DNA from: Tubulanus polymorphus
Taxonomy: Eukaryota; Animalia; Nemertea
Assembly (NCBI RefSeq): GCF_964204645.1
Contig: NC_134026.1
Span: 15,968,150-16,032,149, forward strand
Length of the DNA: 64,000 nucleotides
Reading direction: 5' to 3'
Below are positions 38,461 to 50,164 of the stretch, in pieces. The stretch's first letter is position 1, and each line of letters starts with the position of its first letter. Position numbers and translations under genes: made by a program. The notes under the pieces were generated by a model that worked only from the letters and a program-made list of their open reading frames with translations, searched no databases and was not told where the DNA came from.

Positions 38461-39507
38461 CATGCTGGGGATGACCGGAAATAACGGTCGTCAAACCTTT
38501 GAAATAGCCACCACCGTTACGTCACGTAACGGGTAGTGTTGCTATGGCCCTATAGATGGAATATACATCGAGCTCTGTACTTCATGTTATGTCGGTCATT
38601 CTCCCCTAAACGTTGAAAACTGGTCTCCCTTCAAAAAAATTATGTATATATTTTTTTATTGCGAAATTTTTGTTATTTCTGATTGAATATAGATTAAAGG
38701 TGATTTTTGAAGACAAAAATCATGTCTGTATATAATAATTATTATCATTATTATTATCAAAAGTGAGATTTTTGCTTGAAATGCGCTGTCTCCACCTTGA
38801 CTTCCTTCTATTTCACCTATTATAACTTTCATTGAATTCATTGGTAGATACTAAAACTATATATTTTCTAAAAGCTTATAATCAGGTTAATCTGGAAATC
38901 AATTCATTCAACTTATTTCTTTAACGCAGAATGGAGAAAAAATAACAAATTAGGTCCGTCTCCAATTTTCATGTCATTCCTGTTACCAAGCACTAAGTAA
39001 AAAAACATTGTTTATGTTGTGATTGGTTATTACTCTGAATGATAGATGGCACATGAGTGCAAACTGTATCACATGACTGAAAATGGCGGTAGTTTCAAAC
39101 TGTTGACTGTTCATTTTCCAGGTAAGTTTGTAATTTTTTAAGTGTGAACATTATCTGAGTCATTCCTGTTACGCTATTTTACAAGAACTAGCCTTATATT
39201 ATCAGACTGTGGAATTATTTTCTGAATTGAAGGTTTAACAATGAAATAAATAACTATTTTCAGTTCTCAGAATGCATAAATAAGCTCGTGGTTGACCTTG
39301 AAAGGACGTTTTGTCCGTTTTGTCATTACTGTTACTGTCATTCCTGTTACAGTTAGCATTCGTAACAGGAATGACAGCATGGTAACAGGAATGACACAAT
39401 CATCCAGTTACTGAAAATAATGTCCCAGTGGGCTATACAAAATTTAGTCAAACCTGCATTTATTTTTCTTCCTCTACTAGTAAAAGTTTTGAGGCAAACA
39501 GTCAAAA

Positions 39508-42500
39508 ATGGTTAAAACCCCTAAGGAGAAACAGAGGGAATACAGAGCGGGGTGGAATGCTGATCCGGAGAGGCGTGCAGCCTATCTGCAGAAAGAGAAA
39601 GAACGGTACAGGCAAGATAAAATCATGGGAAAAAAGAAGAGTATCGCAGAGAAGTCGATAAGGGAGCAGCGTTATCAAAGAAAGGCCTGGAACGAAAACC
39701 AAAAAAACCATCGTATGAAACAGTCATAATAATACATCAGAAGTAAACACTGACCAGTAAGTCTCAAAATTCATAATTAGGCTAGAAAATGTATACCTTG
39801 TTTCTCTATCTGACGAGCTTAAAAGTTGACCTGGCTGGCCGCCTATCTACATTGCTTTTTTTTAAAATCGTGATCAATTTCACCATAACACCCCTGGCAG
39901 CTATAGAAATGAACTGATTACAAATTTCATTATATTTTACAAAAATGATCCGGCCCCTGCGGAGAAACAAGGTATCATTTTTGTTTACCCTTAAAAAAAC
40001 TACAATGGATTTCAAATTATATAGAGAAGACTTTCTTATTGGTAGTATAATTTATTTATTTGCAGACCAAGCCGTCAGAAAATGCAAGGACAACAGATAA
40101 AGAAAAATACACAACGTAAGCATGCCGAAAAACTCAGGCACTTGGAAAAAAAATTGGAATCAGCAGAACGCAAGTTTCGCAAATATCAGAAACGGTTACA
40201 GAGATCCGAGAGAAGAACTGCTTTGCTAGAATTGACACCAAGATCAAAGACTAAGAAATTGTTGAGTGTATTCAGTAGACCGAACACTGGTCATGCTAAG
40301 GTTAGAAAAGTGTTGACATTCCACTATAGCTTATTAGCTAACCTAAGGATGAAGTATCAGAACGCAAAAAGTGAAAGAGCAAAGAATAGATTAGCTGCCT
40401 TGTTAAGTGGAAAGGTTCTCCGAAAATATAAAGTTTTGTCGATGACCAACGATTTAGGAATGACCTGGAGGAAGACTAAGAGAAGGGCCAAAAAAGCCTA
40501 GATCTGACATCTTTACAGGAGTCTTCAAAGAATCCATCCAGTCGTTCTATGAAAGGGATGATGTATTCAGAATGACGACTGGGAAAAAAGAAACAAAAAC
40601 TTTTCAAAAAGTGAAGAAGCAGAAGCGCATTCTCCTCGATTCAATGCTTAACCTTCATGCGAAGTTCAATGAATTGTCATCAAAACATATCAGCTATGCA
40701 TCATTCTGTAGATATCGTCCATTCTGGGTGTGCCCTCCGTCAGAGTCCGACAGGAACCTTGAATTTCTAATCACAGCGTTACGTGGCAAAACGCATTTCA
40801 AGAAAACGTGCCAGACAAAGAAAGCATGCTGAGGTTAATTACATGTGACACAGGATCCAAAAATTGTATGTATGGAACGTGTAACGTCTGCAACTCAAAG
40901 AGGGCCCCGATAGTCGAAGAAATAGAAGGGGGTAACGCTATTGTTCCATATTTTGAATGGGTAACGAAGACGAATGATGATGGCATCAAGATAACTGCTA
41001 AAGAAAGTCTTCAATCCTTCTTTGATGAAGTGGTAGGAAAATTCCATGCAGCCATGATTCGATACAAAAAGCATAAATTCAACATCACCAATCAACAGGA
41101 ATACTTAATAAGAAAAAAGGAGAACCTGAAACCTAACGAAGCCATAATACAAGTCGACTTTAGTGAAAATTACAACTGTGGTTACTCCGAAGAAATTCAA
41201 TCCGCGCATTTTGGTGGTAGTCATCAACAGGTAACCCTACATACTGGATGTCCTTACGTCGGCCAGTCACCGGTTACGTCATTCTGTACGATTTCGGAAG
41301 TTTGACACATGACCCTATCGGGATTTGGACCTATATGAGACCAATCCTCCAGTTCCGAGCTGATGAACATCCAGATGTTACGAAACTGCTGTTTTTTAGT
41401 GGTGGGCCCACAACCCGATATAGACAAAAGAAAAACTTCTATTTGTTCTCTTGTTTGACTAGCGGATACAGTTTTTCGTCGTGGAACTATTTTGAGGCTT
41501 CGCATGGAAAAGGGGCAGCAGATGGTATTGGAGGGACGCTAAAACGAATTGCTGATTGTCTGCTGAAACGTGGAACTGATGTATCGACTCCGTTACAACT
41601 CTACAACAGCTTATTAGACCAGACCTCCATTAAATTGTTCGATGTCCCGTCATGCGATGTAAAAGAGGCCGAAGAACTGCTAAGATGTGATTCAATAAAA
41701 ACTATCCCTGGTATGTAAATATGAGTCTAGGCCTAATCATACGATCGAGATTACAGGTGCGGACCTGGAATTAGTCCATAATTGAGTGCGATGAAATTAG
41801 ATATTTAACTAATATTTTTGTTGTTACAGGTACTATGAAGATACATCAGGTTATTCTAAATGGAAATGGCATTGTATACTACCGGGATGTCAGCTGCCTA
41901 AACTGTGATGGAGAGTGTACCCATATAGAAGGAAAGATTTTCCGATTTCTTTAGCAGACGAAAATAATAATAATGATAAAGAAAGCAAGGTCAGTTGAAT
42001 AAATTTTTCACAGGTTAATTGCAGTTTTAATAACATTGATAAATCTGAAAACTTATGCCTACATTTCTACAATTTAATGAATTTGCAGAATGATTTGTGA
42101 GCCAGTATACGTAAGAAGTATTTTAGATAGTACTGTAAAAGTGTAAAAGTGAACTCTTTGCAACTTTTTCTTTCATTTCCTATATTACAGACTGGTCATA
42201 CTGATGGGCTATCGGTATCAGTGAAAAAACCGGTCAACCTTTGTAGTGAAAGCAGCCCTAGTAATATCGCACTAGCTGTTAGCGCACAACCGACTTCATC
42301 TGACGGAACTCTCTTCGAAATCGAATCTGTTAAGAGTCATATACACAATAACAAGCCTGGTCAATGGGTCCTAGTACATTATGAAGGTGCAGTGTACCCT
42401 GGGTTAATTAATAATGTTGATGAGGATGATGATGATTACAATATTACATGTATGGCAACAGCTGGTGAAAATAGATACTTCTGGACAAAAAGACCTGATA

Positions 42501-42622
42501 TACTCTGGTACTCTTATGATGATATTGCCTGTGTAATTGAAGAGCCCAAAAGAATCACAAAGAATCGTGATCATTTTAAGAATGATCCAATAATTTGGAA
42601 ACGTTTTTCGAATTCAGAGTGA
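39508..42622 (+). pseudogene. Sola2-like transposase, multi-exon, frameshifted, FSDG>FSGG
   Basis: Track ORFs 39508, 40082, 40572, 40808, 41248 and 42149 are consecutive pieces. Confidence 0.75.
39780..39991. mobile_element. MITE in a Sola2 intron (family also at ~25580-25763 and ~54632)
   Basis: ATACCTTGTTTCTC / GAGAAACAAGGTAT inverted ends. Confidence 0.6.
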
Positions 42623-42979
42623 ATTAGTCTTCTAAGCTTATCGAAAATTAGATTTTAGTAAGCTTACATGCACTTTCCCTCAGTATAGTAAGCATTTGTA
42701 CTGTGCATCTATGTGTAACAGAAATGACCTGTCATTCCTGTTATTGTAACAGGAATGACAGGTCATTCCTATTATATGCTGATGTCATTCCCGTTATGGT
42801 TATAATATTTGTTATAATTTTTAGAGATTTTAAAATGAATTGTGTTTTTTGCTGCATTTGAAATATTGTTTGAACTGCTTTCAAGGATCTGAAAATGAGA
42901 AATGAAGAATACTCAACTTAAAAAAAAATATATGAATTTTTATGTCGTCAAATAAGATTTTTCTAATTTTTTTGTAATC

Positions 42980-43512
42980 AGCAGAATTTACGGCAGATGA
43001 GAGTCCGCCATATTTAAATTCCGAAGTGAGGCATGTTAACATTGATTACGTATCCCGGCCCATCACACACTCCAGTGTGTACACAAAAAGATACACTCAT
43101 TGAAGATCTCAGTTGAAAATTGCGATTGAAATACTCCTGCTGGGCTGCCCATGTGGTCTTAAATTTTCTTATTTATCCACTCACTGTGTTAACCATATCC
43201 AAATAATTGCTGATGTGGCATTATGCTGCAATGTAGAACTGTTATTGGACTTAAAGTGATAACAACACTATAAATAGCAGCAAAAATACATATGTATTTT
43301 TGATAGTAGCAGTAACACGCGCCGAAGTGAGCCGATCTACGTCACAGTCGAGAGAAAAGCATCTGCTACGTGGAGAAAATGGCGGCGGCCAGGCACTCTA
43401 CAAAACCTTCCATTTGAATAAAGTATTAGATGAAATGTTTTCTGCTGTTTTAAAATGTATTTATAAAGGTTTCTAACACAGATACAAACAATTTTTTACT
43501 GCAGTTCCCCTC
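42980..43512 (+). mobile_element. Truncated copy of the Kolobok-like non-autonomous element
   Basis: Shares GCAGAATTTACGGC.GATGAGAG, GAGAAAAGC.TCTGCTAC.TGGAGAAAATGGCG and TTTACTGC.GT.CCCCT with 52791-53857. Confidence 0.55.
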
Positions 43513-45819
43513 AAATCGAAACTGAGATAATCATTTTCGCCATTTTCACGCTTGCTCGAAATGAAGTAAAAGGAAACGAACCTGGCGCTGTTTTCGTCAC
43601 CGTAAATGTGGATTACCAGGAGTACGGCGAGTATGAGCATGTAAACGCCCGCAGAAAAAACCACTGCCGTACACTGCAGCTATGCGGGCGAGCGGGTCGA
43701 AATAATGTCAAAAATAAATGTATAACATTAATTGCCACCATGCTGCTGACGTTCCTGATGAATTATCTATTCTACTCCAAGAGTTCCTCACAAAAATCAT
43801 TGACGGTTAAATCAAAGAATAAGCCTACAATATAGTTGGAATTGAGATAAAATAATGGAATATTGCATCATGTGGCAGTGATCGAGTTCACCAAAAATTT
43901 CTGAGCATCAATACCAAATAAGATTCCAGTTTCCGGATTTTGTCATAACCTTTAAGAAATGGACGACTATTCATGACAGCAACAAAAAAAAACAAAATCG
44001 AGAGAAAAAAATAAACTTTTTTCTCAATGAGATATTTAAAAACGGATTACACCGATTCGATTCCTCGTACTAAGATTCTTTGGTGCCGTAAGTTTGATGT
44101 AGATAGACTGGAACATAGTGCGGTCCGAAAGTAAAGGAATGCCAGATATTCTTACTATAAGCATTATGTTGTTACGGAGAAAACTGAAGGGTAAGAATTT
44201 GACTGACCTAGGAGACAACATGATGTCATTTGAACAGGATAACGTAGTAGTCGTTCATTACGTGAACCGACCAAAAACAGACGAACAAATGGCGGCAAAC
44301 CACGTGCGAGAGTACCAGTTCATTCAAGTCTTATTCGCATCACCTACTTTAATTCCTTGAAAAACTAACACAGAGAATTCGGAGGGGTTTTCAGTAGGAA
44401 AGGCCACACAGACTATCATTAAATCATAGATTCTGATGTCACTCATTAGATCCACCATAAGGCTTGGACGGAAAATAATTCAATTCGCATTTAATTCCAG
44501 CTTGGCGGGTTTACAGTTTATATGCTAATTCTCATAATTTTGATGAGACACTGTTTAATCATATAGCAAATTGTGAATAAGGGTTTACAATAACATAAAG
44601 AAGTACGTGTGTTCATTTCATGTTCTCCTTTTGCCGTCATTAAAGATCAAGGCACCGTTACATACTTCAGAAGTTTCAATAATTTCTTTCTAAGATAAAA
44701 CTCAAAGAAAGTAAAGGCCGCTATGATGCTGGTAAAAAAATAAAGTGTATTTTCAATACAGTCAATAATTTCCAAATTAATACACACAACTTGATTATTC
44801 GTAAAACCAAACCGGTTGATTAAAGACTAAAAAGTATTTGTGAAGTTTTCATAGTTTTCGTTTATCTATGGCCGCGTCCACTTAAGCGTTTTCTTAATCT
44901 TTTTCTTAATCAACTCTTCACACGGATGCCAAACTTGGCCCGACCGCAAACGTCGGACCAGGCCCGAGCCAAATTTTAGCACGGGGCAAATGATTGCGTT
45001 TGAATTGCAACTGGTTCTGGAAATGATTCACTTCTTGATGTTTGAGCATTGTTTAGCATCGAGTGAGTGGTTTGTGTGTGAGTGTGCTCTCTAAATAGGC
45101 ACGGGCCAAATTTGGTGCGGGCCTGATCCGTGCCAATTTTGCACAAGCCAAATCGTCTTCACGTGATCGCGGCTAATTGTTTGATGGTCAAGATTCCATA
45201 AAAGGGGAACAGTCGCTTTCATTGTCTGTTAATCAAATTTGGTGACGGTATGTTCAGACACATCCCTTTCAACAGTTGAATTACGAAGAATCCGTAACCC
45301 GGATTAAAAGCAGAAAATTAACGTGTGTGATTGTATTGTAAAAAGATAATCCGAGATTTGACAAGCTTATATTAATCACAGCTTTACAGCTATATTTAGG
45401 GTTTCTGCTTCGCAGAGACCGTATTGTAATTCTCATGAGTAATTCTGGTGATTATTAGCTTTTCCACTTTCCTGACTAATTTTTTTCATAAAATGTATCT
45501 CCTCTCAGATTCGACTACTAACAGCTTATAAACGTAATTATTTTCAACTCTGACAGAAATGTAACTCAACGTCTGACCATTTCGAATTTGCGTATAGTAA
45601 TTTGTTATGAATTAATCCCGTGTAATTACTGGGTCTAAACAGCGACCAGAATAACGCAAAGCATTGTCATCCATTGATAAAAATACATCCCGAAAAAGCC
45701 TACAAATTACCGGACGACCTCGAGCGTCAAACTCAAAATCACGGATTCAGACTTACAATCAGTCCGGATGCGCAACAAGTGTATTATTAGTACGATAACC
45801 ACACTCAAACGTGGTGAAC

Positions 45820-46095
45820 GGATAATAAGATAAAAACCGACTATCAGATTAAAAGAGTTTTAAAATCAAGAATTCGAACAATCTAAAATATATGAAATAC
45901 ACGAACTTTCGATCGCACCCTACAGATCATCGTCAGGTGTGAGATATAGACTAAAAACAGGAGTATATATACAGATATGAACAGGTTAATTGAGTAAATT
46001 GGCGAGTGAGTAAGTAATTGGTGTTTAGTACTTACTCACTCACCAATTTTAAAATTCTTTTAATCCGTAGATAGTGGGTTTTTATCTTATTAAGT
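45820..46095 (-). mobile_element. Penelope-like pLTR fragment with local inverted duplication
   Basis: Contains a hammerhead core; 45822-45867 is inverted at 46046-46090. Confidence 0.5.
45899..45940 (-). ncRNA. Minimal type I hammerhead ribozyme
   Basis: ACAC-CUGACGA-U-GAUC-uguagggugc-GAUC-GAAA-G-UUC-GUGU: core boxes, stem II GAUC/GAUC and stem I ACAC/GUGU. Confidence 0.7.
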
Positions 46096-46840
46096 ATCTT
46101 ATTAATGAAACAACATGGCGGATGGTTGAAATCATTTTCGGCTAAAATTGATCGCAAATTTATGGCGAGTTTTAGGACTTTTATGAACTATGATCGCTAA
46201 AACCTAAAATGAGTCAATTGATTAATTCTATTCGTAAATCAATTTACGTTGGCTACATTTCGTGAAGATTTCTGGCTCAAATCAACTTAACATGAATAGA
46301 AATGGTAGGGATGTTCAGTGACCCCCGAAAATATAAAAACATCCCAAATGAAGATTTCCTTAATGGAAGATGATAAGGGATATAGATACCCATCAGCCAG
46401 AAAAATTTCCACAAGGGTCCAAAATCAAAGGTCATCGAAAGGTCATGCAATCGTTGGGTGAAGAACATGTATATCATTTGTGCTATTCTGTAACCAAAAA
46501 TATAGTAATAAACTCTGAATCATTTGTTTATGTTCACAGTGGGAAATGATGCTGCAGATATTGAAATCCAATGGCCCTTTTCCATTTTAGACCCCCAGGG
46601 GTCGAGTAAGCCCCCAGAACCGACAAAAAATATGTAAAAATTCATGTAGTTTATTCAAATAAACTACAATTTGCAGTCACTGATGTTTGAAATCATGGTT
46701 TGTACTCTCTAATTGTGTGGAATTGGTTGAAAGAGGTTTTAGGATGCAGGTACGGGTTATTTATGCACGTCTCGCAGAAGTAGGTCGCGTCTCACACTGT
46801 TTGTGCTTAGCTGTAAATGAGGTCAAATCGATAATTACTA

Positions 46841-47170
46841 CCAATACAATATAATACAATACAATAAACTTTATTGCTCCTTAATGAACATAACATTATC
46901 GGATTGTTTACAATAAAGATACAAACAGAGAGAAAATGTGATATAAAGGTACAAAAATAGTTACAAAACAATCAAAAATACAGAGAAATTATGGTATCAT
47001 TTCGGTAGTACACCAAACAATTTCAGATTCCTTATACAAAAACAGTCAGAAATAAACTGCTGAATATATTTCATGATTTCACGGTCGTTACTGCCTAATA
47101 GAAAGGCTATTTTACTACCGCAGCCGTGCATTGAAAAATGTATATTATGTTCACAATACATTCATAGTAC
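46841..47170 (-). mobile_element. LINE 3' tail fragment
   Basis: Minus strand AATAAA followed by a (TTGTA)n microsatellite tail. Confidence 0.45.
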
Positions 47171-47505
47171 AAACACTGCCTAGTTGCACCCATCTGCCAT
47201 CTATTGGAATAAGCAGCGATAACAATTGAGCCGGTACGCTGCCGGGCTTAATATATATTGAAAAAGGTGGACCAGGCACACTGCCGGGATAGACATGGAA
47301 TGATTAAGGTCACCTTTCCACTGGGTGATGCTATGGTATGAGTACATATGGTAGCAAATGAGTACTCGGCGAAGTAATGATCATGTTGGCTACCTACTTA
47401 ATGCCTAGCTTTTGTGGGGGATATGCCTAGAATAGATTTAGGCCCTTAGTATAGTATGTAGAGCCAGTGGAAAGCCTAAGTAGTTAGTAAGGGGCTGGTT
47501 TACGG

Positions 47506-48180
47506 ATGCGCTTGTGTAAATCGAGCATCCGCAAGCGCATCCGTGAACAGAGGAATGATGTTAAGAATTTTAAGCGTGAAAGTAGTGTTGTCAATCACGT
47601 ATACGAAACCAGCCACAATTTTGATTTTGAAAATGCCTCCATAATTTTCCCCTGTCCGGAAAAAATTAAACGACACATTATGGCATCGGCTCTGATTATC
47701 GAAAATTCAGGAAATTGTGCTAATTTGAATATCGGTTTCTCCCCTCACAACAATTTGATCTCCAAATTTCTCGCTTCTCTTGTACCCCGTATATTAATTC
47801 CCTCTATTGTTTGCCTTGAACATCGCTTGCTTGTGTCCATTCACTCACTGATTATCGCCTATCATGTTCCTTCTGTTTGTTTACATCTTAGTACCCCTTA
47901 GCTTGTCTTCACGTTTAATCACTTTATTTTTGTGTCTTTTGTTTATATATTACTTGAATCTATATTGCCCCTACTTTTCCTTTGCTTACTTTACCATTGT
48001 TTTCCAGCTGTTATGGCATTGCTTTAATCTATTCCCCTATCAATATTTAAATCACTCACTCTGTTTCTATTGTTTTGGTCTTGTATAAATATCTTGTAAT
48101 ATATCTCCTGTTCTCAGTACGCCTGATGATGGCATAGTCTTGAGCCGAAAAGTTGCGCAAATATATATATTCGTCTATCC
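47506..48180 (+). mobile_element. Penelope-like retroelement 3' fragment (GIY-YIG endonuclease C-terminus + pLTR)
   Basis: KRIREQRNDVKNFKRESSVVNHVYETSHNFDFENASII...ALII...NLNIG, followed by a hammerhead motif. Confidence 0.75.
48119..48158 (+). ncRNA. Minimal type I hammerhead ribozyme
   Basis: CGC-CUGAUGA-U-GGC-auagucuuga-GCC-GAAA-AGUU-GCG. Confidence 0.68.
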
Positions 48181-50164
48181 AAGTTTCTCGTTTAGGCTGA
48201 ATTTATTGTGGGATTTCTCTCGTTATCATCTCACTGCAATCATTGCTGCAACTATTTCTCCTGGATAAATCAACAATCACATCATACATCAAAATCTGTG
48301 TTCAGTAGAATTTCTTTCAATAAAATGAAAATTTATTTGACTAATTTTTATGTTTTCAAGATTGAATTTGAATTGATCTTAAAACCAGAGCATAAAGTTG
48401 AGGGCTCAGGTGCCTAAAATTCAATTCCTCAATGTCCCTGTAATGCCGAGTACGATGGAGATAACAAAGCAGTCTCTCATTTAATATTATTACATCTTTA
48501 ATGCATTTCCTTATCCATTAATTTTGTAAAAATTTTTCTACTGTTTACGTAGTAGCCCTTGTTGCTCCACATATCCCGGATATGTGTCGCGCTCTCAAAA
48601 GATAGTCGCACGTTACAAATTATTTTGGTGAAATCTTTGTGCGCTTCCCAGTGCGACATTTAAACCAACAAGGCAGAAATCCGTTGTCGCTGCTTTGTAG
48701 CTATATTTTGTTTCGAAGTTTTGATTTCTGTTTTTTCTTTAAATGCTCAGCTCAGGTATTCGTTTGATTGATTGGCCGTTGCTATTGGAATTGTATTTTG
48801 ATACAACGAATCCTATTTTTCTATATTCACTTTCAGCGAGTAAGTAATCGCGCTTGATGAAAATGTACTGTAGGCCTACTTTATGAGACCAACGCACTAT
48901 AGGTGGGTAGGCCGATATTAGTGCTAGTGTTTTTTCAATACGGTAAATAATTGAATATCACCATCAAACAAGGATCTACTGCAACTGAATGTATCTACTG
49001 CAACTCCATGCCTCACTATTGAATAAGATATGAATTGCGACGTATGATGTATTTTCGAATTTAAAAAATTAGAACATTCCATTTCATCGAATTAATATCA
49101 CCTAACCGAAAATGTTAAATATGACCTTGATTGTTTATCGTCTGATAGATACGAATACATATACGAATCTATTCGTACACCACGAATGTACCACAGGTCC
49201 TCTTTATCCTTTCGATTCCCAACGTGTTTCCATGGTAACAGTTTTGCGCGCTCCATAGCTCTGATCGGCAAGCATCATTCTTAGCTACATAAATGACAGA
49301 AACTCGACATGACGATGCCATGTTTAACCTATCATAAGGTAAGAGAAATGATGATGTGTGCTTGAGTATTTAGGTATTGTCATGATCTCTGATTAGTCAA
49401 CTTTTAATTCAATCGCGACATTCTACAGACTTTTCATGCAACACGTATATATCAAACCAGATTTTAGCTCATGTGTTTTCTATCAGGTCATTGACCTTTG
49501 ATTGAATAGCTACAGTCATCTCATTTCATTCATTTGCGTTTCATTTCATTCATTTAACGTTTAACTGTTTCCATCATATGTATGCAGCGATGTACATAAT
49601 ACTGAGATAATAATTATTCAATGGAAGGTATAAAGACATAAGTATTTGATCACATTATGACCCAAGGAGGGATTTTCTGAGTTTGGCTATTTTAGTGAGA
49701 TAAGCCAAGCGCAAGGTTAGGGATGGTTTGCTGGACATGATATCATTGACGTTTTTTATAGTTGGAGCTTGATAATGATGTAGCCTAGCAGTAAGTCCCT
49801 TCATAGGTCATTGTAAATTGGGAGTAGAAGTAAGACGTGAAATTCGTCCTCTACACCAGTATGCAAAATTTGACAAGCGTTGTACCTTGGGGTTAAAAGG
49901 AGATGTCCAGCGACCGGTTTCTAAAGCGAGGTCGTGGCTTCGACAGTGAAATCAACACGGTATCGGTTTTATGATAGTCGAAATAAATTTCTAGATCGAA
50001 TGGTTATGAACGTTATTAGTGACAATAAAGTTTCATATTGGTTGATATTCGATGAATTATTGTCGTGACAAACCGACAAAAAAACCGTGAAAAACCGTTA
50101 ACAGGAAAACATATTTTTTAGGTTTTTCTATTACACAATATTGTATTGACGGAGTGATATCAAC

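Larger units (their letters stand above)
38570..42960 (+). mobile_element. Sola2-like DNA transposon, defective, right end truncated
   Basis: GAG start and GTCATTCCTGTTAC subterminal repeats at both ends (38973, 39159, 39320-39395, 42715-42797). The spliced transposase has DFSENY...EIQSAHFGGSHQQVTLHTG...FSGGPTTRYRQKKNF...WNYFEASHGKGAADGIGGTLKR. Confidence 0.72.

Noticed and set aside
37194-38554. TATAGGGC...GCCCTATA inverted pair as TIRs of one element
   Set aside because: Only 8 bp with no TSD; the enclosed sequence is better explained as a Polinton end inserted in the IS3EU-like terminal region.
43580-44360. Possible piggyBac transposase remnant (GT-VRSESKGMP)
   Set aside because: Only one weak motif; no TTAA/TIR or catalytic motifs recovered.
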